From IMG/VR virus record IMGVR_UViG_3300020595_000003, positions 1 to 41,593 of that record: DNA of 41,593 nucleotides. The stretch is one strand, 5' to 3'. The notes below the pieces were generated by a model. That model searched no databases. It worked only from the letters and a program-made list of their open reading frames with translations, and was not told where the DNA came from. The translations under genes and the position numbers were made by a program. Origin of the DNA: a virus. Of this stretch, positions 31,221 through 40,738 are shown in pieces (the stretch's first letter is position 1; every line of letters begins with the position of its first letter).

Positions 31221-34200
31221 TTAGTCTAGGGTTTCGAGGGTGACATTTGGCCGCTCGGCGTCTCTGCCTCGGCGCGTGTCATTCTTAAACCTGTCGTATT
31301 CGCGTATCTTCTCTTTGATGATTGGATATTCGCGTTTTAGCTGGTCGAACGCTCTGTCACGGTATTTTTTGATTTCTCGGTTCAGAATTTCAACTCGGTG
31401 GCTTTCAGAAGCTGTAACCAAATTATAATCGCTACCGCCTTTATCATACCGACTGGACTCAATCTTATCGACTAAGCGTTGCTCAAGTGTTTTGGAGCCA
31501 CGCTTGATTGTACCCATGAGTTCATTCCAGCGTTGGTATTGTTCGCCTGATAGCTCAACACCCTGTACCTTCCGACGCGCTCCATCAAAGCGAACGCCAA
31601 GTTTGCGCATCTCGGTATAGATTGTTGCAGCGTCTGACTGACGCTCTTCGAGACCTTTGGTGGTTATGTGGAAGAGGCCACCTAGTGTATCAGGCGTTTC
31701 TAGTGGCTGACCTGTTACCCAATCGTATTTTAATGGGAGGTCACCACGCATCAAACCATTTGTTTTCTTGAGTTGGTCAGAAAACCCACGCACTTCGCGC
31801 ATATAGTCATCGTTTAGGTTGCCGACTTGGTTGGTTAAGCTGGAAAGAGGCATCAATGATGCCATTCGACGCTTAAAGAAGTTGGCAATTTCCCAAGGTC
31901 TGTCTTTGGCATCCATTAGACCAACAGTATCCGAGATACCTTGGAGGTATGTCTTGGACACGACGTTGTTGCCGATAGCCGCTATTGTCATTGCAGCTAA
32001 ATCAGCAGTGTCGCTGTCTGCCATTTGACCAATTTCACGCATTTCTGCGATGTCACCAACGACGCCAAACGCTGTGGTCCAAGGGTCCATACGAGCATAG
32101 CTAACCCAATAAGGCTTTTCTTGAGAACCAAAGTTAATGGAGTAGGGCTGCCAGTTAGGTGAGTTGCGCCAAATTGTTGCTCGTTTAGGGTCTGTTGGAC
32201 CACCGCCTGTAATACGACCCTCGACAGCGAGCATTGTGAGAGTACCATAAATGGCGGCACCCATTGCCATCTTACCTTTTGTTTGGGCTACGATTGCAGG
32301 GTCAGCTGATGCCAAATCATCGAGATACTGCTGTCTTAAAAGGTTGAGCAGAGGTGTTCTGTCCCATGCTTGTCCCATAATATTCATCGGAGTTTGGATG
32401 AATGGGATGACCTGCCTCAATAGTGGATGCTTATTAGCCATTGTCTGCACCGAGTATGAGAAGGTGCCTTTCTTAAGCGGGTCAGTAAAGGTTGCTTGAC
32501 GTGCATCGTACAGAGCAGCTTCGGCGTATTTGTTGCCTACTTTTGAACTGCCAATGCTCTGGGCAATGAACTCTGCTTTTACAGCATCGTCTTCTTTCAG
32601 TTTACCCATCATCACAGCTTCTTGGTACGCTTCCTCGGCATCAATTTTAGAAGTGAAGGCAGCGTCGAAATTACTTTCAACCCATTCCTCGCGTGTTTTG
32701 AAGCCAGCCGCTTTGATTTCCTTCATCGACATGTAAGCAGCGTCGGTAACCAATCGTGCCTGTAGGTTGGAACGGTAAGCAAGCTGTTTGAAGAACTCAT
32801 CCTCCGTCCCGAGCATACGGGATGGCAAGGTTAGGATTTTACCAACCATATCCATAGCAGAACCACCAAAACCGAGATATTCAGATGAGATGGCGCGTGT
32901 GTTGCTGTTAGGGATAATATTATCAACTTTGACGCTCTGGTCGAGAACGGGACGCATATTGTAACCCGACTTAGCCGCAAGCTGGATTGCATCACTTAGA
33001 TTGTGAAACAGGTACTTATAGGTTCTAGCCGCTGCTTTGAGTTGTTTAGCGTCGCCATTCAGTGCCGCACCAATGCCTCGCTCAAGTGGGCGTACCAACA
33101 CGTTGATAGCGTTAGACGACATATTCAACGCGTGAGTGGTGGGGCCTGATAAAATCGAGTTAATCCAGTATTCGTTAAGAACACGCATCCCTTTACGGTC
33201 TACTGCTTTCTTAATTGTGCGGGACATCTGAGTATCATCAGTAACTTTAGCAAGTTCTCTCGCTAGGTTGCGAACTCGCTTTGAACCACCAAAGGCTGAA
33301 AGAGCATCTAGTGAATCCCCTGTAAGGGTATCTCCAGTCACAATACGCCCAGCAGATGTTGCTCGTGCTGCTGCGGTTTGAAGGCCCTTCACGTTAGCTT
33401 GTAGCTCTACGTGCGTCTGCATGAGGTCTATTAATTGGCGGTCCATGTTTTCAGTCATGGTTCCGTTTTTCTCAGCATCGGCAAATATCTTTGCATATTC
33501 GTTAATTTTGCGCCCAGTGGACTGCAAAGCCACTTTCCCAGCAACAATACGTGCGGCCATATCGCGAGACACTGTTTCGGTAATGCCGAGGTCTCGGATT
33601 AGGTTGTTAACATCGGTATCTGTATTATCGGCAAGGAACTTTAGACTTTGTTTAACAACTTCGTCGTGGGTCTCAGGACTGGTCAGTCCCATGGCTTTTA
33701 CCCCACGCGAACCCACAAGAACCTCTTGCATTGCATCGATGATTTTAGCCGCTTCTACAGGGCCATCCATCTTGCCGAGATTAAACCAGCCACCTTCATC
33801 GATGTTACGTAGCTCGAAGTCCCCCATCTCGATTGAACGAGATAGGGCTGCTTGCATCGCTTCAGTATCGATTATCTCAATTTTAGGTTTAACTGGGATA
33901 GTGGCATCTGCGACTTGTGCGCCTAAGTCCTCACCCTGTTGCCGTAGGTTTGGCTGGGGAAGGGGACTGACTTCACCCCTGACTGGAAGGTTGAGTGGTT
34001 CGATGTTCCCAATACCAGTTAAGGTATCGTCATCATTTAGCTTATAAACCAAGCCATCAGGGGCTTCGAACATGCCATCTGGACGTGACTTTAGATTGTC
34101 TGCGCCTTTCTGGGCTTGTTCGTGTTCGACTACATCGCGATGCGCTTCATCCAGTTGTTCGGCAGTATCATCTGAAATCTTACCGAGTTCTTTGATTTCC

Positions 34201-35027
34201 GTATTAGCTTTACGGGTAAACGCGACTGCTTTGAGGCTTCGAATTGCACCCTCTAATGCAATACCCGCTAGGCCACCTTCTAAAGTATTTCTAGCTCGGT
34301 TAACCCATGCAGGGTCATTTGGGTCCATCGCGAGAATGTTAGTGACTGGGTTCTTTAGGTGAGGGTACTCTTCAACAAGGCTAGATAGGTTGCCTTCAAA
34401 CGGGTCAAACGCAGTGGCATCGACAACGCCACCTTTGAGCATCGCACCAAGAAAGGTCCGGCCACCGCCAAATGTCGCAAAACCTGAAACGAACTGTGAA
34501 ATACCTTCACTAATTGTTCCAGCTGTTGTGTCGAGTTGGAGAGTTTCTGTTAAACCGAGGCTATCGACGACATCTTGAGTATCGAAGTCCACGCGTTCAT
34601 CTCGTACGGCAATACCACCAGCGGCCATCCCAACACCCATGCGGTCAGAAAATTCAGCTTCCTCTTCTGGTGTCATTGGCGGCAGGTCGCGCTGTGCTAA
34701 GACGTTGTTGCGATAATCAATTGTCTTTTTGTAGAGTGAGTTGGCTTTTTCGGTTTCCATCGTATTAGCATTTGCAACGGTTTCGGCTGTCTCGACATTT
34801 GAGCCGATAATACCACGGCCAATGCCTTGCACGATGTCCACGAGACCTTCGCCAACAGTCTCAAAAAAACCGCCTTCATCTTCTTGAGGCGGTTCTTGGG
34901 TAGTTGTGGGTTCAGGCGTTGGAGCCTTAATACCGATTGCTTTGTTGTACTGCTCTTCACCGTACGAACCTATGAAGTCCGCCTTGGATAGCAGTCCGCC
35001 CTGTAGGCGTAGTAAATCCTGTTCCAT
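31221..35027 (-). CDS. Internal virion/core protein (T7 gp16 position, 1268 aa)
   Basis: Assigned by size and synteny. I did not see a recognisable lytic transglycosylase motif. Confidence 0.7.
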   Translation of the reverse strand: MEQDLLRLQGGLLSKADFIGSYGEEQYNKAIGIKAPTPEPTTTQEPPQEDEGGFFETVGEGLVDIVQGIGRGIIGSNVETAETVANANTMETEKANSLYKKTIDYRNNVLAQRDLPPMTPEEEAEFSDRMGVGMAAGGIAVRDERVDFDTQDVVDSLGLTETLQLDTTAGTISEGISQFVSGFATFGGGRTFLGAMLKGGVVDATAFDPFEGNLSSLVEEYPHLKNPVTNILAMDPNDPAWVNRARNTLEGGLAGIALEGAIRSLKAVAFTRKANTEIKELGKISDDTAEQLDEAHRDVVEHEQAQKGADNLKSRPDGMFEAPDGLVYKLNDDDTLTGIGNIEPLNLPVRGEVSPLPQPNLRQQGEDLGAQVADATIPVKPKIEIIDTEAMQAALSRSIEMGDFELRNIDEGGWFNLGKMDGPVEAAKIIDAMQEVLVGSRGVKAMGLTSPETHDEVVKQSLKFLADNTDTDVNNLIRDLGITETVSRDMAARIVAGKVALQSTGRKINEYAKIFADAEKNGTMTENMDRQLIDLMQTHVELQANVKGLQTAAARATSAGRIVTGDTLTGDSLDALSAFGGSKRVRNLARELAKVTDDTQMSRTIKKAVDRKGMRVLNEYWINSILSGPTTHALNMSSNAINVLVRPLERGIGAALNGDAKQLKAAARTYKYLFHNLSDAIQLAAKSGYNMRPVLDQSVKVDNIIPNSNTRAISSEYLGFGGSAMDMVGKILTLPSRMLGTEDEFFKQLAYRSNLQARLVTDAAYMSMKEIKAAGFKTREEWVESNFDAAFTSKIDAEEAYQEAVMMGKLKEDDAVKAEFIAQSIGSSKVGNKYAEAALYDARQATFTDPLKKGTFSYSVQTMANKHPLLRQVIPFIQTPMNIMGQAWDRTPLLNLLRQQYLDDLASADPAIVAQTKGKMAMGAAIYGTLTMLAVEGRITGGGPTDPKRATIWRNSPNWQPYSINFGSQEKPYWVSYARMDPWTTAFGVVGDIAEMREIGQMADSDTADLAAMTIAAIGNNVVSKTYLQGISDTVGLMDAKDRPWEIANFFKRRMASLMPLSSLTNQVGNLNDDYMREVRGFSDQLKKTNGLMRGDLPLKYDWVTGQPLETPDTLGGLFHITTKGLEERQSDAATIYTEMRKLGVRFDGARRKVQGVELSGEQYQRWNELMGTIKRGSKTLEQRLVDKIESSRYDKGGSDYNLVTASESHRVEILNREIKKYRDRAFDQLKREYPIIKEKIREYDRFKNDTRRGRDAERPNVTLETLD

Positions 35028-35033
35028 TAAGGT

Positions 35034-36638
35034 TTATCCATTTTCTGGTGAGGTGATGACCCCATTTTCGAGTAGGCGGTCGATGATGAGTTGCTGTGCG
35101 TTATAAGCCAGTTCCTCTAACTCAAACTCTGTTGGGAAACGGTTGTTTTTTTCTTGGAAGAGCTTCACACCAAGCCGTACTTGTTGCTTGAGTTTCATAG
35201 CTTCTCTACGTGCGCGTACGAGAGTTTCCGCGTCATAGTCGTACTCATTTCCACGGATAATTCCTGAAAGTTCGCGTACGGCTGCGCCTTCGACTGAGGT
35301 TGATGTGTTGAAGTCCAGACCTGCAGCAACGTCCAAAGCAGGGTCAAAGGATGTACGCCACTTGTTCATCTTTGTGGTCACATCGTTTGGCGTTAGCTCA
35401 CCGTTTAAAGCTGCAGATTGTAGCAGATTAGTCGCTTCCTCAAATGTCTGTGCAGACATCAAGGCAGTCTCAATTCTGATTTCACTTTCGGCAGATTTGT
35501 TTACGCCACCATTGGTTTGTGCAGCGTCAAAAGTATCCAGCTGTTTTCTCAGTGATGCAGCGAGAATGGTGTTTTTATCATCAGGGGTCTGTAAAAGCAC
35601 ATCAATAGCATCATTCAGCTCTGTTCTGTTTTGGGCAGAAGGGTCGGTCAGGAAGTCATCTGCTATCGAACGAGTTGTTGCTCGTGCGCTTTCATATGAC
35701 GCCTCTAGTTCGCGGTCTTCTTGAGCGGCGTTGGCATTTTCGATCTGAATTGCTTTAGCTTCGATAGCTAGCAGTTTGGCTTGTACCTTAAGGGAAGACG
35801 CGGCAGCATTCGTACCAAACGTCGTGTCTTTGAAGACCTCTAGAATATCTGTTTGGCCTGACTGCTGCACGGCAATACCTACGCCTTGTAGAATTGTGTC
35901 GAGGACCTTGGTATTATCCATCCCATCAGTGTTCGCTGATGCTGCTTTCCCCTCGAGCCATTCACTAAAGCTACCCATTGCAGCTTTACGCTCTTCATCG
36001 CTCATATCAGGCTTGAATAAAGAGATTGTGGCTTCTGCCACTTCCTTCTCAAAGGCTTTATAGTTTTGAGCGCGTTGCCAAGTTACGTGCTTTTGTCGCC
36101 AAGATGCGCGAAAGACTTCATTACTCTTTGCCGCTGTGACACCAAAATGTTCTGATAGTTCAGAGGCTGTAAAGTCTCCCATACCGTTGTTGGCCACAAA
36201 TTTATCTTGGAATTGACCAACAAACTTATCGATGCGCTCAGGGTCTCCAGAAGTGTAGAGTTTTTGACGCTCTAATGCGCTTTCTAGTTCTGAAGCATAG
36301 CGCATACCGAGAGTATTCATCTGAGCTATACGATACCCTTTACGCAAATAAGGGCTTTCACCCTCATCGATTAGGCCCTTCTTAACTGCTTCACCAAGAG
36401 CAATACGGTTCGTATTATACAGGGCTTGCCCTTCTTTAAATTCTTTGTCGGCTTGGCGTTGTTCTTCGCGCTGTAAAGCTGGGACGGCCTTACGTTCTAA
36501 GTTGCCGAGGGTGTTCGCCAATGCCTCGAATGCACTCTTCTTCACTACCCCACGCTTATAGATGTCTACAGGGCGAGCGACGGGTGCCACCGTTCCGATT
36601 TGGCCATCGAACGGGTTACCTACTACTGGTCTAGCCAT
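35034..36638 (-). CDS. Internal virion/core protein (T7 gp15 position, 534 aa)
   Basis: Assigned by synteny between the gp14-like and gp16-like genes. The protein looks helical in composition. Confidence 0.6.
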   Translation of the reverse strand: MARPVVGNPFDGQIGTVAPVARPVDIYKRGVVKKSAFEALANTLGNLERKAVPALQREEQRQADKEFKEGQALYNTNRIALGEAVKKGLIDEGESPYLRKGYRIAQMNTLGMRYASELESALERQKLYTSGDPERIDKFVGQFQDKFVANNGMGDFTASELSEHFGVTAAKSNEVFRASWRQKHVTWQRAQNYKAFEKEVAEATISLFKPDMSDEERKAAMGSFSEWLEGKAASANTDGMDNTKVLDTILQGVGIAVQQSGQTDILEVFKDTTFGTNAAASSLKVQAKLLAIEAKAIQIENANAAQEDRELEASYESARATTRSIADDFLTDPSAQNRTELNDAIDVLLQTPDDKNTILAASLRKQLDTFDAAQTNGGVNKSAESEIRIETALMSAQTFEEATNLLQSAALNGELTPNDVTTKMNKWRTSFDPALDVAAGLDFNTSTSVEGAAVRELSGIIRGNEYDYDAETLVRARREAMKLKQQVRLGVKLFQEKNNRFPTEFELEELAYNAQQLIIDRLLENGVITSPENG

Positions 36639-36641
36639 TCG

Positions 36642-37265
36642 TTAATTCTCCAAATCTACAAGCCGCGCTTGTGTGTCGTAGTAATCGATACCGAAGCCAG
36701 CGAGTGGTTCGGCTACGTTGAATAGGGTTTCTGCAAAGCCTTGAGGCTGCATAGAATTGATCCGGTTCTGAGCTTCTGATTGGAACGCTAGCTTCTGCAT
36801 TTCGTTCTGGCTCTGCATACTCTCGAGACGCTGCGAAACACGGTCTGTTAAGACACCTTCAGAACGCTCGAAATCATTTAAGAGCTGTCCAATGTTGACG
36901 CCCTGAACACCAGAACCACCGGCTGCAGCTATAGCTGTGCCTTGTGATTTCATAGCTTTAAGGTCGGCATCATTTCTCTGTTGGGAAGCCTGTGTTTGTT
37001 CCTGCATGATGCTGAGGTTGGCCTGTTTGGTCTTCAGGAAGTAGGCGTCTTTAGCTGACTGAGCGTTCTGGGCCGCAGCTTTGTTTTGAGCGGATGCCGC
37101 CGCTAGAGCGCCGACGCCTTGAGCCGCGGCTGTCACGCCTTGGATGGTTAGCGCGGTTGTGGAAGCTGCTGCTGCCGTACCCGCTGCTGCCGTACCTGCT
37201 GCTGCTGCTCCGCCAGCCCCTGCAAATGTACTGCCAAGGGCAGCAAGTGTTACTGGGTCACACAT
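36642..37265 (-). CDS. Internal virion protein (T7 gp14-like)
   Basis: The 207-aa protein starts with MC.. and has an Ala/Gly/Gln-rich composition like gp14. Synteny supports the call. Confidence 0.6.
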   Translation of the reverse strand: MCDPVTLAALGSTFAGAGGAAAAGTAAAGTAAAASTTALTIQGVTAAAQGVGALAAASAQNKAAAQNAQSAKDAYFLKTKQANLSIMQEQTQASQQRNDADLKAMKSQGTAIAAAGGSGVQGVNIGQLLNDFERSEGVLTDRVSQRLESMQSQNEMQKLAFQSEAQNRINSMQPQGFAETLFNVAEPLAGFGIDYYDTQARLVDLEN

Positions 37266-37729
37266 TATTTAATCCTCACAAATTCGTAGAAGAGCCGTTT
37301 TTCGGCCCCATAATTTTCGTGCTTTTTGATGAACGTGAAGCCCATCCATTTAAGCCACTTTATGTGGAGGGAGTTTCGGGCATCGACACAGTTATAAAGG
37401 ACGAGATAGTCCTCAGAGAGATACTGCAGTGCTCTCTTTGAATTACGCAGAAATGTTATCTGGTGCTGATAGATGTCATCTGTAGCGACCATCCAAACAA
37501 CTCCTGCTTCGGGTAGGGAAGCTGAAGGTACGACACCGCACAGGCCCACACGGTCATCATTAGGTGCGCGGAGGGTCAGGGTGATGTCCCCAAGATTTAA
37601 ACCTTGCTGCAAGATACCAAGAGGTTCTCTGCCTGTCGCGGCAAAGCACTCTGATATATCAGCTTGGCGTAATCTTGGGGCTATGTACTCAACATCTTCC
37701 ACCGTAGTTGGTGTTAGAAGTTTATCCAT
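37265..37729 (-). CDS. Internal virion protein A-like (DUF2833/GNAT-like fold)
   Basis: The 154-aa protein carries APRLRQADISE...VWMVATD...LYNCVDARNSLHIKWLKWMGF, which resembles the family found at this position in T7/SP6/phiKMV-type phages. Confidence 0.5.
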   Translation of the reverse strand: MDKLLTPTTVEDVEYIAPRLRQADISECFAATGREPLGILQQGLNLGDITLTLRAPNDDRVGLCGVVPSASLPEAGVVWMVATDDIYQHQITFLRNSKRALQYLSEDYLVLYNCVDARNSLHIKWLKWMGFTFIKKHENYGAEKRLFYEFVRIK

Positions 37730-40091
37730 TTACTCGTCTTGATCTGAGGTGCATTGAGCCTTCCCATTCTGCCGATAGGAACTGGCAGGGAAGGTGGCTA
37801 TCACTTTCGATTATCACTCGAAGACGGTCAGACTTTGCCATGATGGGGAACCTGAAGTCGCCTGAAGCGAGTGTGGTTGAGCCTAGTACGTTGGCACCAC
37901 CACCGATAATTCGACCTGTGTAATCGTAAGTTCCACCAAGGCCATAGACCTCGAGTGGTTTGTAGCGTGGCTCAACTTTTACATTGAAGTCACCGCTGTC
38001 CTGATACCGTAGTAACCAGTGTTTAATCTGTAGGCGTCCACCAGCAATCGCTACGCGACCACCGGATGATGTACCTTCTTTGAGTGTTGGCTCAGAGAAC
38101 TCATACTTCATGGTGTATTTCTCACCGATGTAGAACTCAGTTGCTGTCTTATCGCCAGCAATCACAAAGACGCCATCAGTGTGGGATACAGGTACAATGA
38201 CAGTGCCGTGAGCGGAGCCTCGTGTAACAACCAATGGGCTTTCCAGCGTATATGGTGTCGTAACCGTAGTCCGGTCCGCAACAGCATCATAAACCTTAGT
38301 CACGTCCGTCTCATCGAAGCGGAAGTCTAGTCGTGTTACATAGTCTTGATCGATGTCAGAGCGTCCTGCGTCGAACTGAATCTTTAGCAGAACGGTCTTA
38401 CTGTCTTTGTTCCCCACGATGTAGAGCGAGCTTTCAATGAACTCAGCGCTAATCACGTCCGTATCGTTCAGATTATATTTGAACCATGCAGATTGTAGCT
38501 TCTCTCGGCCGGCCCAGTGATACTTATAGATATAAAGGGTGCTGCTATCTTCCGTAGTCAAGCATACCAGCGCATTCTCGGCAGAACTGGACGCCATTTC
38601 ATAGACGCCATCAGGGACATACTTAGCTACGTGAGACGTGATGTCTTGAGCATCTGAGCGGTCTGTATCGTCCACAACATAGTATTCACGAACAGCCGTA
38701 AAGCCGCCACGTTTAGCTGGAAAATACACAACACTACCTGCCGTAGCTGGTCGCGCTAATGTACTCGCTTCATACTCAGTTGTTGTGTTGATTGACGTAT
38801 TTTTAGGGGTGATGAAATCTGCACCTTTGAGGATGAACTGTGTCTGATCTGAGAACAGCAGCAGCTTACGGTCAAAGGCGACAGCATGTTTGAGCAGGGA
38901 AACTTTAGAGTTACTAGCTGCAACATCGATCGGGTCATTGTCCAACAGTGTACGCGCAGTCGTCGCAAAGAAGTCAAAGTATTCTGACGTTCTCGACATG
39001 ACTACATTCTCACCGGAGAGGAAACCTAGACGGTTCTGAAAGAAGAACGTGTCGGTAATCTTGCCGCCAATGAATGATGGGTTAGGAACAGAGGTTAAAT
39101 CACCTACTGCACGGTCGCCCCATTCCGCTTGCTCCAATGTAAAGCTGCCATCGGACTGACGTATCAACAGATGAGGCATGGTGGCGGCATCTATCTCATA
39201 GGAGATATTTGGCTCGATCCATTCAATCCAAGTACCTTCACCGAGTTTCGTCTGTGTACCGTTGTCTGATACAAACTTAACGTAGTAATCATCGAAGTCG
39301 TTTGTCTGGTCGCCTTGGACGTGGGCGATGAAGCCATCCGGTGCTTTTGCTGGCAGGTCGTCAAACCGCTGCACGGTTCCTGAAGTTGCTGAAAGACCCA
39401 CATCACCTAGACTATCGTAAGTTGCTAGGTCGAAAGTTGCGTTGCCTGTCTTAGTGATAACCACAGTTGAGCCATCGGCTCTTGCAGTGAACCCTGAGAC
39501 AGTACCGATTGCTGTGGCTAGTCGGGTTGCAATATCGTCAGTACGTGTTTCGACTTGGTCGGTTTCACTGGTCTCGATATTTGCAGCGATAGCGCCGTCT
39601 AAATAGACCGTATAGCGTTGGTTGTAGTCACCTTGTTTGACAGCAACCAGACCTGTGAATGGGAAGAGGGGGGATGTCGCGCTGGTCATCGCTGTCGTCT
39701 GAGACGTGTTAACGATGAAGGTATAATCGGCCACTGTTACTGCGCGGAAGTCAGCGGCTGGTGCGGTACTATTCAAATATGATGTACCGTCTGGGTATGT
39801 GACTGTTTTCGCCACTCCTGCTAAATCGTATACTGACAACTCATTGCTGTCGTTGATGAATACAAAATATCTCTCATTAACGTCTCTGTTAATAAGGTGC
39901 GTGAAGGCCCCTGTAGTCTCGGAGCTTTTCATTAGTGCTACATGTTCTGCAGGAGGACGCTTCTGAAGGCCCTCGACCAAAGATGGATACGCATTCTCCA
40001 TTACTTCCGCTTGAGATGATAAGCGTAGCGAGGGAGATTGTTGCGAAACACCTTGGACTAGGTTTGGGATAGCGGAACTAATTAGGCCCAT
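37722..40091 (-). CDS. Tail tubular protein B (T7 gp12-like)
   Basis: The 789-aa ORF directly follows the gp11-like gene with an ATGA-type overlap. Confidence 0.8.
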   Translation of the reverse strand: MGLISSAIPNLVQGVSQQSPSLRLSSQAEVMENAYPSLVEGLQKRPPAEHVALMKSSETTGAFTHLINRDVNERYFVFINDSNELSVYDLAGVAKTVTYPDGTSYLNSTAPAADFRAVTVADYTFIVNTSQTTAMTSATSPLFPFTGLVAVKQGDYNQRYTVYLDGAIAANIETSETDQVETRTDDIATRLATAIGTVSGFTARADGSTVVITKTGNATFDLATYDSLGDVGLSATSGTVQRFDDLPAKAPDGFIAHVQGDQTNDFDDYYVKFVSDNGTQTKLGEGTWIEWIEPNISYEIDAATMPHLLIRQSDGSFTLEQAEWGDRAVGDLTSVPNPSFIGGKITDTFFFQNRLGFLSGENVVMSRTSEYFDFFATTARTLLDNDPIDVAASNSKVSLLKHAVAFDRKLLLFSDQTQFILKGADFITPKNTSINTTTEYEASTLARPATAGSVVYFPAKRGGFTAVREYYVVDDTDRSDAQDITSHVAKYVPDGVYEMASSSAENALVCLTTEDSSTLYIYKYHWAGREKLQSAWFKYNLNDTDVISAEFIESSLYIVGNKDSKTVLLKIQFDAGRSDIDQDYVTRLDFRFDETDVTKVYDAVADRTTVTTPYTLESPLVVTRGSAHGTVIVPVSHTDGVFVIAGDKTATEFYIGEKYTMKYEFSEPTLKEGTSSGGRVAIAGGRLQIKHWLLRYQDSGDFNVKVEPRYKPLEVYGLGGTYDYTGRIIGGGANVLGSTTLASGDFRFPIMAKSDRLRVIIESDSHLPCQFLSAEWEGSMHLRSRRVNG

Positions 40092-40678
40092 TACAGCACC
40101 TTACGATTAAAGCCGCGGTTCAATACGCGTGAGACTGAATAGCTATCCATCATGTTGTAATCGCCGGTATCGCCCTCAAATTCTTTCAAATCAATCAAGG
40201 CTCGTTGCTCGTCTCGTGCAGTCATCTTGTGGATGCTCTCAGAGTTCAGAAGACGATCCGAAAAGATACGTGCAGCGCGTGTCGTGATGTATTTCTTGGC
40301 TTGCTGAGGAAGTACGGAGAAATCTTGATAGTAAACGATGTCTACTTTGATTTTCGAAGCGAACGTGAATGTGCGGTCAGTAAGGTTGAATAGCTTGTCT
40401 TCGCGTACAACAGTATTGAAATCCTGTGCGTCAATTCGAGCAGTGTCTGCGGGTATCGCAATGTCACCAGAAATGTTGGGAGATAGCTCGATGTCTTGTT
40501 CGGTATTGAAGTGCCACCCTTGAGCCTGAACTTCACGACTAACTTCGTTTAGAACCTGCTTGGCAATCGATACGTCTGTCACTTGGTTGCCATCTAGCGT
40601 GTTAACGGGTGCTTCACCAATCGTGGTAAGTAACACATTAACCGCCTCTAGCTCGGTCATGGACGTTGGTTTAGTCAT
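40091..40678 (-). CDS. Tail tubular protein A (T7 gp11-like)
   Basis: ELEAVNVLLTTIGEAPVNTLDG compares with T7 gp11 [22 protein letters not shown]. The true start is the ATG at 40678 (GAGGA SD); the upstream track extension covers the terminator. Confidence 0.85.
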   Translation of the reverse strand: MTKPTSMTELEAVNVLLTTIGEAPVNTLDGNQVTDVSIAKQVLNEVSREVQAQGWHFNTEQDIELSPNISGDIAIPADTARIDAQDFNTVVREDKLFNLTDRTFTFASKIKVDIVYYQDFSVLPQQAKKYITTRAARIFSDRLLNSESIHKMTARDEQRALIDLKEFEGDTGDYNMMDSYSVSRVLNRGFNRKVL

Positions 40679-40692
40679 GATGTCCTCGTATG

Positions 40693-40727
40693 AAAAAAAA
40701 GGGCTGGCCCCAGTTAAGAGCCAACCC
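40693..40727 (-). terminator. Strong intrinsic terminator just after the capsid gene (T-phi analogue)
   Basis: The minus-strand RNA GGGUUGGCUC-UUAACUG-GGGGCCAGCCC forms a 10-bp stem with two G-U pairs, followed by U8. It lies 11 nt after the capsid stop codon. Confidence 0.75.
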
Positions 40728-40738
40728 AAATTAAATTA

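Noticed and set aside
31221-35027. Lytic transglycosylase domain in the gp16-like protein
   Set aside because: I could not see an SLT-type catalytic motif in the N-terminal region. This needs an HMM search, so it is not claimed.
40679-40729. 17-codon N-terminal extension of the gp11-like ORF
   Set aside because: It covers the capsid terminator hairpin and U-tract. A GAGGA SD precedes the ATG at 40678, and gp11 homology starts there.
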